The notes under the pieces are model-generated. The model saw nothing but the letters and a program-made list of their open reading frames with translations. It had not been told where the DNA came from and searched no databases. A program made the position numbers and the translations under genes. This document shows positions 29,212 to 39,504 of a stretch of DNA of 64,000 bases, one piece after another (position 1 is the stretch's first letter; the number at the start of each line of letters is the position of its first letter). The DNA is taken from positions 29-64,028 of the forward strand of contig DCVM01000012.1 of assembly GCA_002327985.1 (NCBI GenBank), read 5' to 3'. Source of the stretch: Syntrophaceae bacterium UBA2188 (GTDB lineage: Bacteria > Desulfobacterota > BSN033 > UBA1163).

Positions 29212-31629
29212 TTATGAAGAGGTTTGTGCAATGGCTACTCCTGCCTCGGCTGTATTGTCTGCCGTTAATGCAGCCTTTCTTATAAACTTCGGCTTGATGA
29301 TATAAATCAATAAAGGATGAAGGGTTAAGGTGAGAAGGACGTTTGCCCCTAAGATGATGGCAAGAAAAAAACCCATCTCCCCTTGAAACTTCATATCTGA
29401 AAATACATACCACGTCAGGACTGGTAAAATGATCGTCAACCCGGTATAGACCACTGCCTTGCCGGTCGTACAGACGGACTGGATAATGGCTTGTTTCCAA
29501 TCGCCCCCTTGAAGAGTGTATTCTTCCATGCAACGGCTATAGAGGTAGATACAGAAATTGTCTCCCACCCCCACTCCTACTGCAGCAATAGGAAGCGTAT
29601 TGATTGAAAGACCAATATCCATTAAGGCCATATAGGCAAAGGCCATACTATTAGCAAAAATCAAGGGAAGGGTCACCATGAGACCACCCGTAATAGACCT
29701 AAAAGAAATACAGATGAGGATAAAGATGGCGGCAAGGACGCTTGAATCAATCAGGGCATGGGCTCGTTTCATCTCCTCATTGACGCCGATTTCCATCCCA
29801 ATTCTCCCACCCGCTAACTTAAATTCTCCCTTCTCGATATTCATGGGACGGTCCTTAAAAAACTCATAGGCAGCATCACGAATACGAAGCAGATTCTCCG
29901 AGGTATGATCCGAAAAGTAGAGAATGACTTGAGCTCGCTCCAGATCTTCATCAACAAAACGACGCAAGACAAACGGATCAATGTCTTTACGGACATAGCC
30001 CATGAGTCCTTTAAACATCAAAGCATTTTGCGGCATCTGGTACCAAAGCTGATCCCCGTCGTGTAGCATCAGATTCACCATGTTCACGGTGTTGGCCAAA
30101 GTATTCGAAGACTTGTAAATATCGGGCAGCCTCTCTTGCATGTGCCTTGAAAACGCATCAAAGGTCGTCAACACCGCCGGGTTATAAACCGACTCTTTCT
30201 CTCCCTCGTAGAAAAGCATCAAGTTCTCCGACGATGCATCAAAGAGATGGTTGATGAGCTTCTGATCTTGATTATAAGGATGGCTTGGCCATAGAAGAGG
30301 GGAACCAGGAGTAGGATCTCCAATTTTTAGCCCGCTTATCGCCCAGCTAAAAAAGATCATCGCCCCAACGATCAATCCCCCAACGGCATACCGGCCCGAC
30401 CCGATGGAAAAACTGGTCACCTTGGTAATGGCCCGAGCCTGCCAATCCATTTGACACTTTTCTTTTGCATACCGATCGCTTGCCACTTTTAGCGGGAGCA
30501 CACTACAAATAATGGGAACCATAATGCCCGTCAACCCTGTGCTGAATATCCAAAACCCCATGATGATGGCCAGATGCTGCATCAGGACAATCTTGGCAAA
30601 ACTCAATACCAGGAAACCAGCTGCATCCGTAAAGACCCCTGTCCAGTTGGGAAAGAGCATGGTCCGCATGGTCTCATAACTGGCACGGAGCCGATCCCCG
30701 CCACTCGCATTAAGTTCTTCAAAATAACGATGGGTGATCTGAACGGAGTTGCTAATGAATCGGGCCCCTACAAAAAAGGCCAGAACATAGAGGAGGGGAC
30801 TGAAGTTGATTCCTGTAAAACCCACAAATCCCAGCCCTATTACAGTAAGAATCGCCGCATCCATGATCGGAACAATCATCCCCATTACATTGCGAAAGAT
30901 GATGTAGAGGATCAAGATCATCAACGCAATACTGATACCAAAAACAAGGTAGGTCTGGTACTTCAGGCTGTAAATCCAGCCCATCAACATGGGAAACCCA
31001 ACAATATGAACGGAGGTCTCCTCGTCGGTATATTCTTTGACTAATTTTCTTAAAAGGCTGAAGGCTTTCCCATAAGAGATGTTTTCCTTAAAATCGGTCA
31101 ACAACAGGGCAGCGGTTCCATCGCTTGACACCAGGGTGCCGTTATAGGCAGGATTGGAAAAGATGTTTTGCTTCAATAAGGCCATTTCTTCTGGGCTGTT
31201 AGGAGGATCTGGCCACATCAGGGGCTCAATTTTTATCTCACCTTTTCCTAATGTCCTCACCACTTTGGTCGACCGGCTTGCAATCGATACGGTCAAACTC
31301 CGATACACTTCATCCCACAGCACCACCTCCTCGGTCATCTTCGAAATCTTGTCCAGAACCCCCCGGGTAAAGATATCCCCCTTCTTCGTCTTAATCGCGA
31401 TGGCTACCGTCGAACCCCCACTCCCAAACACTTCTGAAAACCGAGCATGAAGTTTAAGATAAGGATGATCATAGGGAAACAACTCATGCAGAAGAACCTC
31501 CCCCCGAATCTTGAAAACCCCATACAAAAAGACCCCTGTGATCACCAAAATAGTTATCAAAACAACCCATTTGCGACTTACCAAGTACCAACAAATGCGG
31601 TCCAGTCTTGTTTTATTGTGGCCAACCAT
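29212..31629 (-). CDS. RND superfamily exporter, MMPL/SSD-type (12-TM, two large periplasmic loops)
   Basis: About 805 aa; two hydrophobic 6-TM bundles each following a large soluble loop; resembles HpnN/MMPL-type RND transporters rather than AcrB. Confidence 0.75.
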   Translation of the reverse strand: MVGHNKTRLDRICWYLVSRKWVVLITILVITGVFLYGVFKIRGEVLLHELFPYDHPYLKLHARFSEVFGSGGSTVAIAIKTKKGDIFTRGVLDKISKMTEEVVLWDEVYRSLTVSIASRSTKVVRTLGKGEIKIEPLMWPDPPNSPEEMALLKQNIFSNPAYNGTLVSSDGTAALLLTDFKENISYGKAFSLLRKLVKEYTDEETSVHIVGFPMLMGWIYSLKYQTYLVFGISIALMILILYIIFRNVMGMIVPIMDAAILTVIGLGFVGFTGINFSPLLYVLAFFVGARFISNSVQITHRYFEELNASGGDRLRASYETMRTMLFPNWTGVFTDAAGFLVLSFAKIVLMQHLAIIMGFWIFSTGLTGIMVPIICSVLPLKVASDRYAKEKCQMDWQARAITKVTSFSIGSGRYAVGGLIVGAMIFFSWAISGLKIGDPTPGSPLLWPSHPYNQDQKLINHLFDASSENLMLFYEGEKESVYNPAVLTTFDAFSRHMQERLPDIYKSSNTLANTVNMVNLMLHDGDQLWYQMPQNALMFKGLMGYVRKDIDPFVLRRFVDEDLERAQVILYFSDHTSENLLRIRDAAYEFFKDRPMNIEKGEFKLAGGRIGMEIGVNEEMKRAHALIDSSVLAAIFILICISFRSITGGLMVTLPLIFANSMAFAYMALMDIGLSINTLPIAAVGVGVGDNFCIYLYSRCMEEYTLQGGDWKQAIIQSVCTTGKAVVYTGLTIILPVLTWYVFSDMKFQGEMGFFLAIILGANVLLTLTLHPLLIYIIKPKFIRKAALTADNTAEAGVAIAQTSS

Positions 31630-31646
31630 CGACATCTCCCTTACGC

Positions 31647-32669
31647 TTAATACTTAATCCGCTCCCAGGTCGTTGAAGAATTAAGGTAGATAGCCCCTCT
31701 CCACCCCACTGCTACAAATCCAGAATTACCCCGCGGAGCAAGTCCATAAATCCAACCATACTTAATAGATGGCCTAAATTCTGGAGTCTGCCAGGTCTTC
31801 CCACTATCCTCAGAAGATAAAAACGTCCCACTCCCCCCAACGAAAATTTTATCTTTCTTGTCAGAAGTGATACTAAAAAGCTGGGTCCTCCGTGCCCCTG
31901 TCACCACAGGCTCCCACGTCTTCCCCCCATCCAACGTCTTGGTCACATACCCATCTATCCCCACCGCCCACGCCGTCTTCGGATCCAAAACCACAACGTC
32001 AAAAAGATAGGTTCCCCCTATAATCTCCCCCGTCTCCCTCGATATCCTAAACTCCCCCGCCTGCTTCTCCCATGTCACCCCTCCATTACTGGTATGGTAA
32101 ATATACCCATACTCCCCAACCGCCCATCCATGAAGGGCATCACAGAATGAAATAGCCTTAAGGATATAGTCCTCACCACTGAATTGTTTGCTCCAGCTCT
32201 TACCCCCATCATTCGTAAATAAAATCGTGGTCCGCTCAGTAACAATCCATCCTTTTAAGACATCTACAAAAAATACATCCATCAGAAAGTCGGATATGGG
32301 AGATTTCTGCTTCTCCCATGTTCTACCCCCATCTACCGTACGTATGATCGTCCCCTGATCCCCCACAGCCCAACCCTGTTTTGAATCCACAAAATGAATT
32401 GAGCTCAACGCAAAACGCGTGCCGCTGCTCTGACGTTCCCAAGTCTTCCCCCCATCCCTGCTATAAAGAATAGTCCCCCAACGCCCGCAAACCCACCCCT
32501 CTCTCTCATCTGGGAAACTCACCGAAAAAAGATCATCATATAATTTGTTGGGCTGCCCTCTAAGGTTTCCAAATAATAGAAAACAAAATATAAAATTCAT
32601 TCCCAGAAATACATGGAATACATATATAAAGCGTTTAAAAAAAACCCTATAATAAATTGTCCTTTTCAT
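31647..32669 (-). CDS. BNR/Ycf48-like beta-propeller repeat protein, N-terminal TM/signal
   Basis: Repeated S/TxDGGKTW motifs (RDGGKTWERQ, VDGGRTWEKQ, NDGGKSWSKQ, SNGGVTWEKQ, LDGGKTWEP, EDSGKTWQT). Confidence 0.75.
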   Translation of the reverse strand: MKRTIYYRVFFKRFIYVFHVFLGMNFIFCFLLFGNLRGQPNKLYDDLFSVSFPDEREGWVCGRWGTILYSRDGGKTWERQSSGTRFALSSIHFVDSKQGWAVGDQGTIIRTVDGGRTWEKQKSPISDFLMDVFFVDVLKGWIVTERTTILFTNDGGKSWSKQFSGEDYILKAISFCDALHGWAVGEYGYIYHTSNGGVTWEKQAGEFRISRETGEIIGGTYLFDVVVLDPKTAWAVGIDGYVTKTLDGGKTWEPVVTGARRTQLFSITSDKKDKIFVGGSGTFLSSEDSGKTWQTPEFRPSIKYGWIYGLAPRGNSGFVAVGWRGAIYLNSSTTWERIKY

Positions 32670-33062
32670 TTTTCCCTTTTCCTCTTCAAAGAAGAATGTT
32701 GCTTATATCAGATGCCACGTTTGCCGGGAATTTAGTTTATCATAATCTTAAAAAATATATTTAGAGCAAGCGCTCGATTTATCTGCTACCATATCTCAAA
32801 AAGTTTGTCAAGAAAAAAATTAGGCTGTGTTAACCAATGAAAAACGTACCTGCCAGAGTGTACGGGATAGTTTTAATTAAGGCACTAAAGGATTAATTTA
32901 GGGGGGATATAAAAGAATTTGGCCTATTTAGTAAGCTGAAAGGGTACAAGAATCAATTGAATTGAGGAAAAAAGGGTTGATCGATTAGAATACTGAAATA
33001 CCCTCTGCCTCATCTTTTAAAGAAGTCTCCAGAATAAATTTATGGGTATCTAGCTTGAATCG

Positions 33063-36000
33063 CTATTTAAAAGGCTGAGAAGACCTTTTTGTCGAGCTAT
33101 TTTCTTTCTTCAACAGACCTTTCATTTTTTCCTGAAGATCATCGAGCAGCGTGTAGGCCACTGGAACGACAAAGAGGGTGAGCAGCGTCGAGGCAAACAT
33201 CCCCCCAAAGGTTGCTCTGCCCATCCCCGCTCTTGCCTCACCCCCTGCACTATAGCCCAAGGCCACCGGAAGAACTCCCAACATGGTCGTCACAGCCGTC
33301 ATTAAAATGGGCCGAAGTCTGACAGGAGAGGCCTGAAGGACAGCCTGATCCCTTTCTGTTCCACGTTCTCTTAACGTATTGGTATAATCAACCAACAAGA
33401 TGGAATTCTTCACCACCAGGGCGGTCAGAGTGATCATACCGATCATACTCATTATGGAAATGGTATCGCCCGTCAGATAGAGGGCACCGAAAGCCCCTGC
33501 CGTACTTAAGGGCAACGCCAACATCACTGACAGGGGATGAAGGAAGCTGTTGAACTGCATGGCCAGGACCATGTAGATGATCACGACAGCCTGGATCAGG
33601 GCAATGATCATATATCGAAAGGATTCTTTGAAAACCTCTGCTTGCCCAGTGAAAGCGTAAGAATACCCTTCTGGAATATATTTCTTAGATAGAGCCTCCA
33701 TCTCCAAAATGGCCTCTCCCAGGGCCTTGCCTCCTGCTGTATCAGCGTAGATCGTTGCACTCCTCTGCCGGTCCTTCCGGTTGACGAGATTGGGACCGAT
33801 CCCTTCTTCGACCTTCACGACCTGGGCAAGTTTAATCAGACCTCCTTTGGGGGTTCTAATAGAGATCTGAGAAATGTCTTGCGGATTCATTCTCTGATCT
33901 CTGATCAGCCGGACTCTTACATCATAGCGTTTCGCCCTTTCCACATCCTTAAACTTTGAGACCTCTTGACCACCTATCAACTGCTGAACGGCGGATGAAA
34001 TCTCACGAATATCCAGTCCCACATCAGCAGCCCTATTCCGGTCGATCAGCACCCTCACCTCGGGCTTTGTAAGTTCAAGATCAGAGCTGATATCGACCAT
34101 GCCCGGACTCCTCATCATTTCTTCCATAATTTGGCCGGAGATCTTCTCAATCGTCTCCATTTCCGCTCCTTTAATATCCAACTGCAAAGGCGCCCCTCTT
34201 TTGCCTCCTGAACCAACGGGCGAAATATCTTCTACGTAGGCTTTGAACCCGGGCATTTCCTGTAACTTCTTTCGCAGATCACCCATAATTTGCTGCTGGG
34301 ACCGTTTCCTTTCTTTTCGGTCTTTCAAACTGACAACGACAATCCCTTTATTGACCTCTTTACGTTCTCCAATTCCAATGGCGGCAAAGACTGCTTCAGC
34401 CTCTGGCAGGGAAAGTGTAAGATCTTCCAGCCTTTGCAGACTTTCATCTGTATCGTACAATGTTGAACCGGTCGGCATCTCAAGACGGATGATAAAACGA
34501 CCTTCATCGGACTTGGGGATGAATTCACTCTTCAAATTTATTAAAAGCGCAATACTTCCTAAGAAGATCCCGGTTGCAATAACGATGACTAACCAGCGGT
34601 GTCTTAGAGAGAAGGCCAACGCCTTTCGGTAGCGATCTTCAAGTCTCCCATAAGATTGATCAAAAAATTGATAAACCCTTCCGTGTTTCGATTCCAGCTT
34701 CAAGAACTTTGAACAGAGCATGGGGATAAGGATGAGGGCAACAACCAGAGAAGCGATTACAGAAGCGGCTACTGTGACGCCAAACTGGTAGAAGAATCTT
34801 CCGATGATTCCTCCCATGAAGGCTACCGGAAGAAACACCGCTGCGATGGAAAAAGTTGCGGCCATGGCCGCAAAGGCAATTTCTGAAGTTCCCTTTTTCG
34901 CCGCCCCGACTGGATCAGCCCCTTCCTCCATATGCCGATAGATATTCTCCAGGACAATAATGGCATCGTCGCAAACCACCCCGACCATCATCGAAAGGGC
35001 AAGCATGGTAAAATAGTTCATGGTAAATCCCATGAAATGCATGATGCCAAAACTGGTGATGAGAGATGTAGGGATGGAGACAGCCGTGATGATAGTGCTC
35101 CGAACGTTCAGTAGGAAGATGAACATAATCACTGCGGCAAGGAGCCCTCCGATGAAAACATCCTCTGTGACCCCCCCGATAGCCTCTTCAATGAATTTGG
35201 AGGAATCAAAGGAGATATGGATATCAACTCCCGGGGGAAGAGTCTTCTTGATTTCAGCAAGCTTTGCCTTAACGGCTCCCGCCACTTCTACGACATTGGC
35301 GCCCGATCTTGGGATCACCCCCATTCCTATCGCCTGAATCCGATCATACCGGGCAATGGTTCTCACGGGCTCGGTTCCATCCTCTGCCCATCCCACATCG
35401 TTTAAACGAATGGGAGCCCCATTCTGATAGGTGATGATCAAGTTATTGAACTCTTCGATATTTCGTAATTCACCCAGATTTCTAACCGTGAACTCACGAC
35501 GAACGCTTTCAATGATTCCGCCCGGTAATTCAATATTTTTTGCAAGGAGCGCTCTCGATATATCGGCCGATGTTAATCGATGGGCCTCCAGTTTCTTTCC
35601 ATCCAGCCATATCCTGATCTCCCTTTTCGCGAAGCCCCCTAACATAATTGATCCAACACCTCTGATGGATTCAATTTGGGGTCTCAACACCTCATCAGCC
35701 AACATGCCCAGTTTTGAAGAAGGTTGATTTCCTGCCACCGAGAGCCAGAGAATGGGTCTTGCATTGATGTCGAGCTTGTCGATAATGGGAGGGTCGATAT
35801 CCATGGGCAATCTTTTCTTCGCCACATCCACTTTCGCTCTGACATCCTGAACAGCGGAATCAATATCGCGGTAAAGTTCAAACTCCACAACAACCTGCGA
35901 AAACCCATAACCGCTCGTGGAGGCAATATGCTTCACCCCTTCGATGGTGTTGACCTGCTCTTCAATCGGGTCTGTGACATCGGTATCCATGACCTCCGGC

Positions 36001-36164
36001 GCTGCGCCGAAAAGGGTCGTGGTGATCGTCACCATAGGAAAATCGACTTGGGGGTAGAGGTCGATCCCAATTCGCTGATATCCGAGGATTCCAAAAAAGA
36101 CGAGGGCCAGGGTGATGATGGTGGCTACGACGGGTCGTTTGACAGCGGTGTCTGAGAGAAACAT
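33063..36164 (-). CDS. AcrB/AcrD/AcrF-family RND multidrug efflux pump, inner-membrane subunit
   Basis: 1033 aa, HAE1 signature N-terminus MFLSDTAVKRPVVATIITLALVFFGILGY; RBS GGGAG 7 nt upstream. Confidence 0.9.
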   Translation of the reverse strand: MFLSDTAVKRPVVATIITLALVFFGILGYQRIGIDLYPQVDFPMVTITTTLFGAAPEVMDTDVTDPIEEQVNTIEGVKHIASTSGYGFSQVVVEFELYRDIDSAVQDVRAKVDVAKKRLPMDIDPPIIDKLDINARPILWLSVAGNQPSSKLGMLADEVLRPQIESIRGVGSIMLGGFAKREIRIWLDGKKLEAHRLTSADISRALLAKNIELPGGIIESVRREFTVRNLGELRNIEEFNNLIITYQNGAPIRLNDVGWAEDGTEPVRTIARYDRIQAIGMGVIPRSGANVVEVAGAVKAKLAEIKKTLPPGVDIHISFDSSKFIEEAIGGVTEDVFIGGLLAAVIMFIFLLNVRSTIITAVSIPTSLITSFGIMHFMGFTMNYFTMLALSMMVGVVCDDAIIVLENIYRHMEEGADPVGAAKKGTSEIAFAAMAATFSIAAVFLPVAFMGGIIGRFFYQFGVTVAASVIASLVVALILIPMLCSKFLKLESKHGRVYQFFDQSYGRLEDRYRKALAFSLRHRWLVIVIATGIFLGSIALLINLKSEFIPKSDEGRFIIRLEMPTGSTLYDTDESLQRLEDLTLSLPEAEAVFAAIGIGERKEVNKGIVVVSLKDRKERKRSQQQIMGDLRKKLQEMPGFKAYVEDISPVGSGGKRGAPLQLDIKGAEMETIEKISGQIMEEMMRSPGMVDISSDLELTKPEVRVLIDRNRAADVGLDIREISSAVQQLIGGQEVSKFKDVERAKRYDVRVRLIRDQRMNPQDISQISIRTPKGGLIKLAQVVKVEEGIGPNLVNRKDRQRSATIYADTAGGKALGEAILEMEALSKKYIPEGYSYAFTGQAEVFKESFRYMIIALIQAVVIIYMVLAMQFNSFLHPLSVMLALPLSTAGAFGALYLTGDTISIMSMIGMITLTALVVKNSILLVDYTNTLRERGTERDQAVLQASPVRLRPILMTAVTTMLGVLPVALGYSAGGEARAGMGRATFGGMFASTLLTLFVVPVAYTLLDDLQEKMKGLLKKENSSTKRSSQPFK

Positions 36165-36173
36165 AAAAAACTC

Positions 36174-36267
36174 CCAAAAAACTAAGTCGAATAGTCACTT
36201 AGCCTTTTAGTCATATAGTCCCTTATCTCGTCGTCTTTTCACAGACCATACGACTATCTGACTATGC
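36174..36267. repeat. cluster of short GACTA/TAGTC direct and inverted repeats in the adaptor-pump intergenic spacer
   Basis: CTAAGTcgaatagtcACTTAG inverted repeat, then tagtcatatagtc and gactatctgactatgcgacta; at least 6 copies of the pentamer in about 95 bp. Confidence 0.4.
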
Positions 36268-36306
36268 GACTAAGGAACTTTCAATCCATGAACTCTATCT
36301 CTTATA

Positions 36307-37416
36307 TTATTTTTTGACGATCTTAACTGTTATGCCATCGCTTAACTGTTCATGTCCGGCTGTGACCACTTGCTGTCCTTTTTGAATGCCCTGAACGAGT
36401 TCAACACGGCCTTCCATTCTCACGCCCGTTTCGACCTCCCGACGACGAGCAACCCCGTCCTGGATCACAAAGACAAAAAACTTCCCCTTCTCGCTGAGAA
36501 GGGCCGCCTCTGGGATAAGGAGCGCATTGGGGTTGGTTCCTGTTGGGATAGAGACCTCCGTGAAAAAGCCAGGTTTGAGTCGATGGTGAGGATTCCGAAC
36601 CAGTGCCTTCATCCTCACATTCCGGGTGGAAGGATCAGCTGTCGGGCTGATGAATTGGAGGGTGGCTGAAAACCTTTCTCCAGAGAAAGCCTTTACCGTA
36701 AACCCAAGCCTACTTCCCAATCGGACCATGGTCGCCCAATTCTCCGGGAGATAGAATTCGAGCTCGAGAGGATCCATTTGAACAATCTTTAAAATCTCAT
36801 CTTTGGGAGCCACATTCACATGCTCTCCCAAGGCAGCGATCTTCAGATTGACAACGCCATGGATGGGAGAGACGATTTGATGGTCCAGAAGGTTCTGCCT
36901 GGCCAGACTTAATTCTGCTTTAGCCAAAGTCAACCTTGCCTCGTCCAGCTTTAATTTAAGGGCGAGATCGTCATACGTCTGTTGAGGAATCACTTTTGAT
37001 TCGAGAAGCCTCTGATATCTAACAAGGGTCACCCGGCTCGTCTCTAAGGAGGCTTCTGCCTGTTGGACATTCGCTTCTGCCCTCTCCACCTGGAGCCTGG
37101 CATCCACATCATCCAGTTGAACCACCGTTTGCCCCTTTATCACCCGATCGCCCTCTTTGACATGGATCTGTTTGATGATCCCCGCTCTCTTTGGACTGAT
37201 CGTCACATCTTCAAGGGCTTTGAGACTCCCTATTGCTGAAAGGGTATAGGAAATGAATCTTGGAATCACCTCTATCACTTCCACTTTCTTTTCTTCAGCG
37301 ATGAGAACAGATGGATTGGAGCCCGTTTTGGGTGGATGAGACTCCTTCGAACCACATCCCCCAAGAAAAAGGAGCACTACACATAGACCATATAAAATAA
37401 ATTGCCGCATATTCAT
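36307..37416 (-). CDS. RND efflux periplasmic adaptor (membrane fusion protein, AcrA/HlyD-like), lipoprotein
   Basis: Lipobox LFLGGCGS, biotinyl/lipoyl-like and coiled-coil hairpin (LETSRVTLVRYQRLLES...). Confidence 0.85.
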   Translation of the reverse strand: MNMRQFILYGLCVVLLFLGGCGSKESHPPKTGSNPSVLIAEEKKVEVIEVIPRFISYTLSAIGSLKALEDVTISPKRAGIIKQIHVKEGDRVIKGQTVVQLDDVDARLQVERAEANVQQAEASLETSRVTLVRYQRLLESKVIPQQTYDDLALKLKLDEARLTLAKAELSLARQNLLDHQIVSPIHGVVNLKIAALGEHVNVAPKDEILKIVQMDPLELEFYLPENWATMVRLGSRLGFTVKAFSGERFSATLQFISPTADPSTRNVRMKALVRNPHHRLKPGFFTEVSIPTGTNPNALLIPEAALLSEKGKFFVFVIQDGVARRREVETGVRMEGRVELVQGIQKGQQVVTAGHEQLSDGITVKIVKK

Positions 37417-37487
37417 TCTCTCTCTTCTAAAAAGCTTGTCTGTTTAAGGTTCATTGTTGATCGTTCATTGTTCATCGTTCACCGTCT

Positions 37488-38807
37488 TTACGGATACATC
37501 CTCCCCATGGCTCGTTCCAATTGGGCCTTGGCAATATTGAAGTCGCTTAAGGCACCATAATAGTTGACCCTCGCCTGAGATAATAATACGACCGCATCGA
37601 GGACATCTGTTTGTGTGGCCACCTGATACTTGTATCGTTCTTCATTCATCCTTAAATTTTCTTCTGCCTGTTCAATCGATTTTTCTGCAACGCTGAGATT
37701 CTTCTCAGCCAGCGCCATATTGAGGTAGTCATTCTTGACTTCGAGGGTAATGGAGTCAATGAGTTGCGTCTTCAAGTCTTCTGCCTGAGTGACCTTCACC
37801 TTGTTCTCCCCCACTTTGAGGGCGGTATTGCCCCAATTCCAGAGAGTAAGGGTGGCTAACGCCTGAACCGTCCATCTCTCGTTTTTATAATCCCCGTTTA
37901 GCCCCAATTCTTCAGAGAAACGACCATAGTTCCCTAAGAGACTGATCGTCGGGAAAAACCCACTTCTGGCTGCCTTGACCCCCTCCTTGGCCTGGTCGAT
38001 ATTCAATTGGGCGGCCTTCACCTCCGGCCTCAGGCGGAGGCTCTCCTCAAGAGAGGCTTCAAAACTCATTGGAAAGCGTTTGTACTCAAGAATGTCAACG
38101 ACCTCAAAAGGTGTGTCGATCTCCCTCCTGAGCAATGTATTGAATGAGGCCTTGGCTGTTGCCAGATCATTCTCCACCTTTTTCGCAGCTTGTTTGGTAT
38201 TGGCCAGCCTCACTTCGGCCTGAAGAACATCATTCTTGGGAACAATGCCAACATCAAAAAAGGCTTTGGTCACTTCAAGTTGAGCTTCGAATTGCTTGAC
38301 GGCTTGTTTTGCCACATCCCAAAACTTTTCAGCCCTCAAGATATTGAAGTAGCCCACTCTCACCTGGAGAACCAAGTCCCGTTTCACAGTCTCTACATTT
38401 TCCTTGGAAAGATCAACCCCTAATTTGGCTGCTCGGTAATTCGCTAAATTAAACCCCCCTGTAAAAAGCGGCTGACTCACAGTGGTACTAAAATTATAAA
38501 CGTCCCTGCTCGTACCAATGACTACACCAGAAGCAGAGACCTGATAAGACCCTACGGTGACAGGTGAATCATACCGAGTATAGCCATATTGCCCTGTCCA
38601 CCACGGGAGAAAATTCGTGACGGCTTCCTTCCTTCGGAACTCAGAACCTAAAACCCCTATGGTAGCAGAATGAAGGGTCAGGCTCCGTTCCATTGCAATC
38701 TTTATGCTTTCTTCCAGTGTGAGAGGTTTCTGAGGTTCTTGACCCAAGACAACACCTGTAAAAACCATTGTCCCTAACATGAATCCGACGAACCATTTGA
38801 GTCTCAT
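37488..38807 (-). CDS. TolC-family outer membrane efflux protein
   Basis: Signal peptide MRLKWFVGFMLGTMVFTGVVLG, two repeated halves with long coiled-coil segments; start taken at MRLKW rather than track start 38843. Confidence 0.8.
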   Translation of the reverse strand: MRLKWFVGFMLGTMVFTGVVLGQEPQKPLTLEESIKIAMERSLTLHSATIGVLGSEFRRKEAVTNFLPWWTGQYGYTRYDSPVTVGSYQVSASGVVIGTSRDVYNFSTTVSQPLFTGGFNLANYRAAKLGVDLSKENVETVKRDLVLQVRVGYFNILRAEKFWDVAKQAVKQFEAQLEVTKAFFDVGIVPKNDVLQAEVRLANTKQAAKKVENDLATAKASFNTLLRREIDTPFEVVDILEYKRFPMSFEASLEESLRLRPEVKAAQLNIDQAKEGVKAARSGFFPTISLLGNYGRFSEELGLNGDYKNERWTVQALATLTLWNWGNTALKVGENKVKVTQAEDLKTQLIDSITLEVKNDYLNMALAEKNLSVAEKSIEQAEENLRMNEERYKYQVATQTDVLDAVVLLSQARVNYYGALSDFNIAKAQLERAMGRMYP

Positions 38808-38811
38808 TAAT

Positions 38812-39444
38812 CTATCTCCTCCTTTCCATTTGCTGTACCCCACCTAAAAAGATTTCTAAAACCGTATCCAACTTTGAAATGAGTGGATAGTATTCTGGAC
38901 TGATCAGCCATTCAAAGACAAAGGAATTGACCACTCCCACCAGGGCATGAGCTAAATCCAGAGGATTCATGGATTTGAATTCCCCTTCCTTGACCCCATG
39001 TTTCATCACCTCGGCGAGAAGGTGGATATAAATAATCATCTTGTTATGGATTCCTTTTCCTAAATCCTCTTTGACCGTCCACTCAAACCGATTTCGTTCT
39101 GAGATGTAGATCCTTAAGAAATCGCGATTCTTTTCGAAGAATTCGAACTGAAGGGCCAGCACCTTCTTGATTCGGTCTACGGCCGAGGTCTTCTGAGAGA
39201 GTTCGGTTTTAACCAGCCGATTGATCTCTTGGACCTTATCATCAATGAGGGTAAAATAAAGTTCCTCTTTCGATTTGAAATACTTATAGAGGGTCCCCGT
39301 TCCAAATTCTGCTTCCCGCGCAATATCACTCATGGTGGTGGGGAAGAATCCTTTGGCGGCAAACACCTTTTCTGCTGCCGAAAGGATTTCTCCACGATGG
39401 GCTAAATATTCCCTTTCCTTCCGGCTTATTTTCTCTCTCTCCAT
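38812..39444 (-). CDS. TetR/AcrR family transcriptional regulator (efflux operon repressor)
   Basis: HTH FFPTTMSDIAREAEFGTGTLYKYFKSKEELY; first gene of the efflux operon. Confidence 0.85.
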   Translation of the reverse strand: MEREKISRKEREYLAHRGEILSAAEKVFAAKGFFPTTMSDIAREAEFGTGTLYKYFKSKEELYFTLIDDKVQEINRLVKTELSQKTSAVDRIKKVLALQFEFFEKNRDFLRIYISERNRFEWTVKEDLGKGIHNKMIIYIHLLAEVMKHGVKEGEFKSMNPLDLAHALVGVVNSFVFEWLISPEYYPLISKLDTVLEIFLGGVQQMERRR

Positions 39445-39490
39445 TTTTAATAAACCTTTTAACGAGTCTCAAGAATAGTTATTCACTTTT

Positions 39491-39504
39491 TGAACAACAG
39501 TTCA
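39491..39504. promoter_or_regulatory. candidate TetR operator: inverted repeat TGAACaacaGTTCA about 50 bp upstream of the tetR-acrAB-tolC operon
   Basis: Perfect 5-4-5 palindrome in AT-rich promoter region upstream of 38812-39444. Confidence 0.3.

Noticed and set aside
37488-38843. Track start of the TolC-like ORF at 38843 (MGYSKWKGGDRL...)
   Set aside because: An internal Met at MRLKWFVGFML gives a canonical signal peptide and avoids overlap with the upstream tetR. The longer N-terminus is unlikely.
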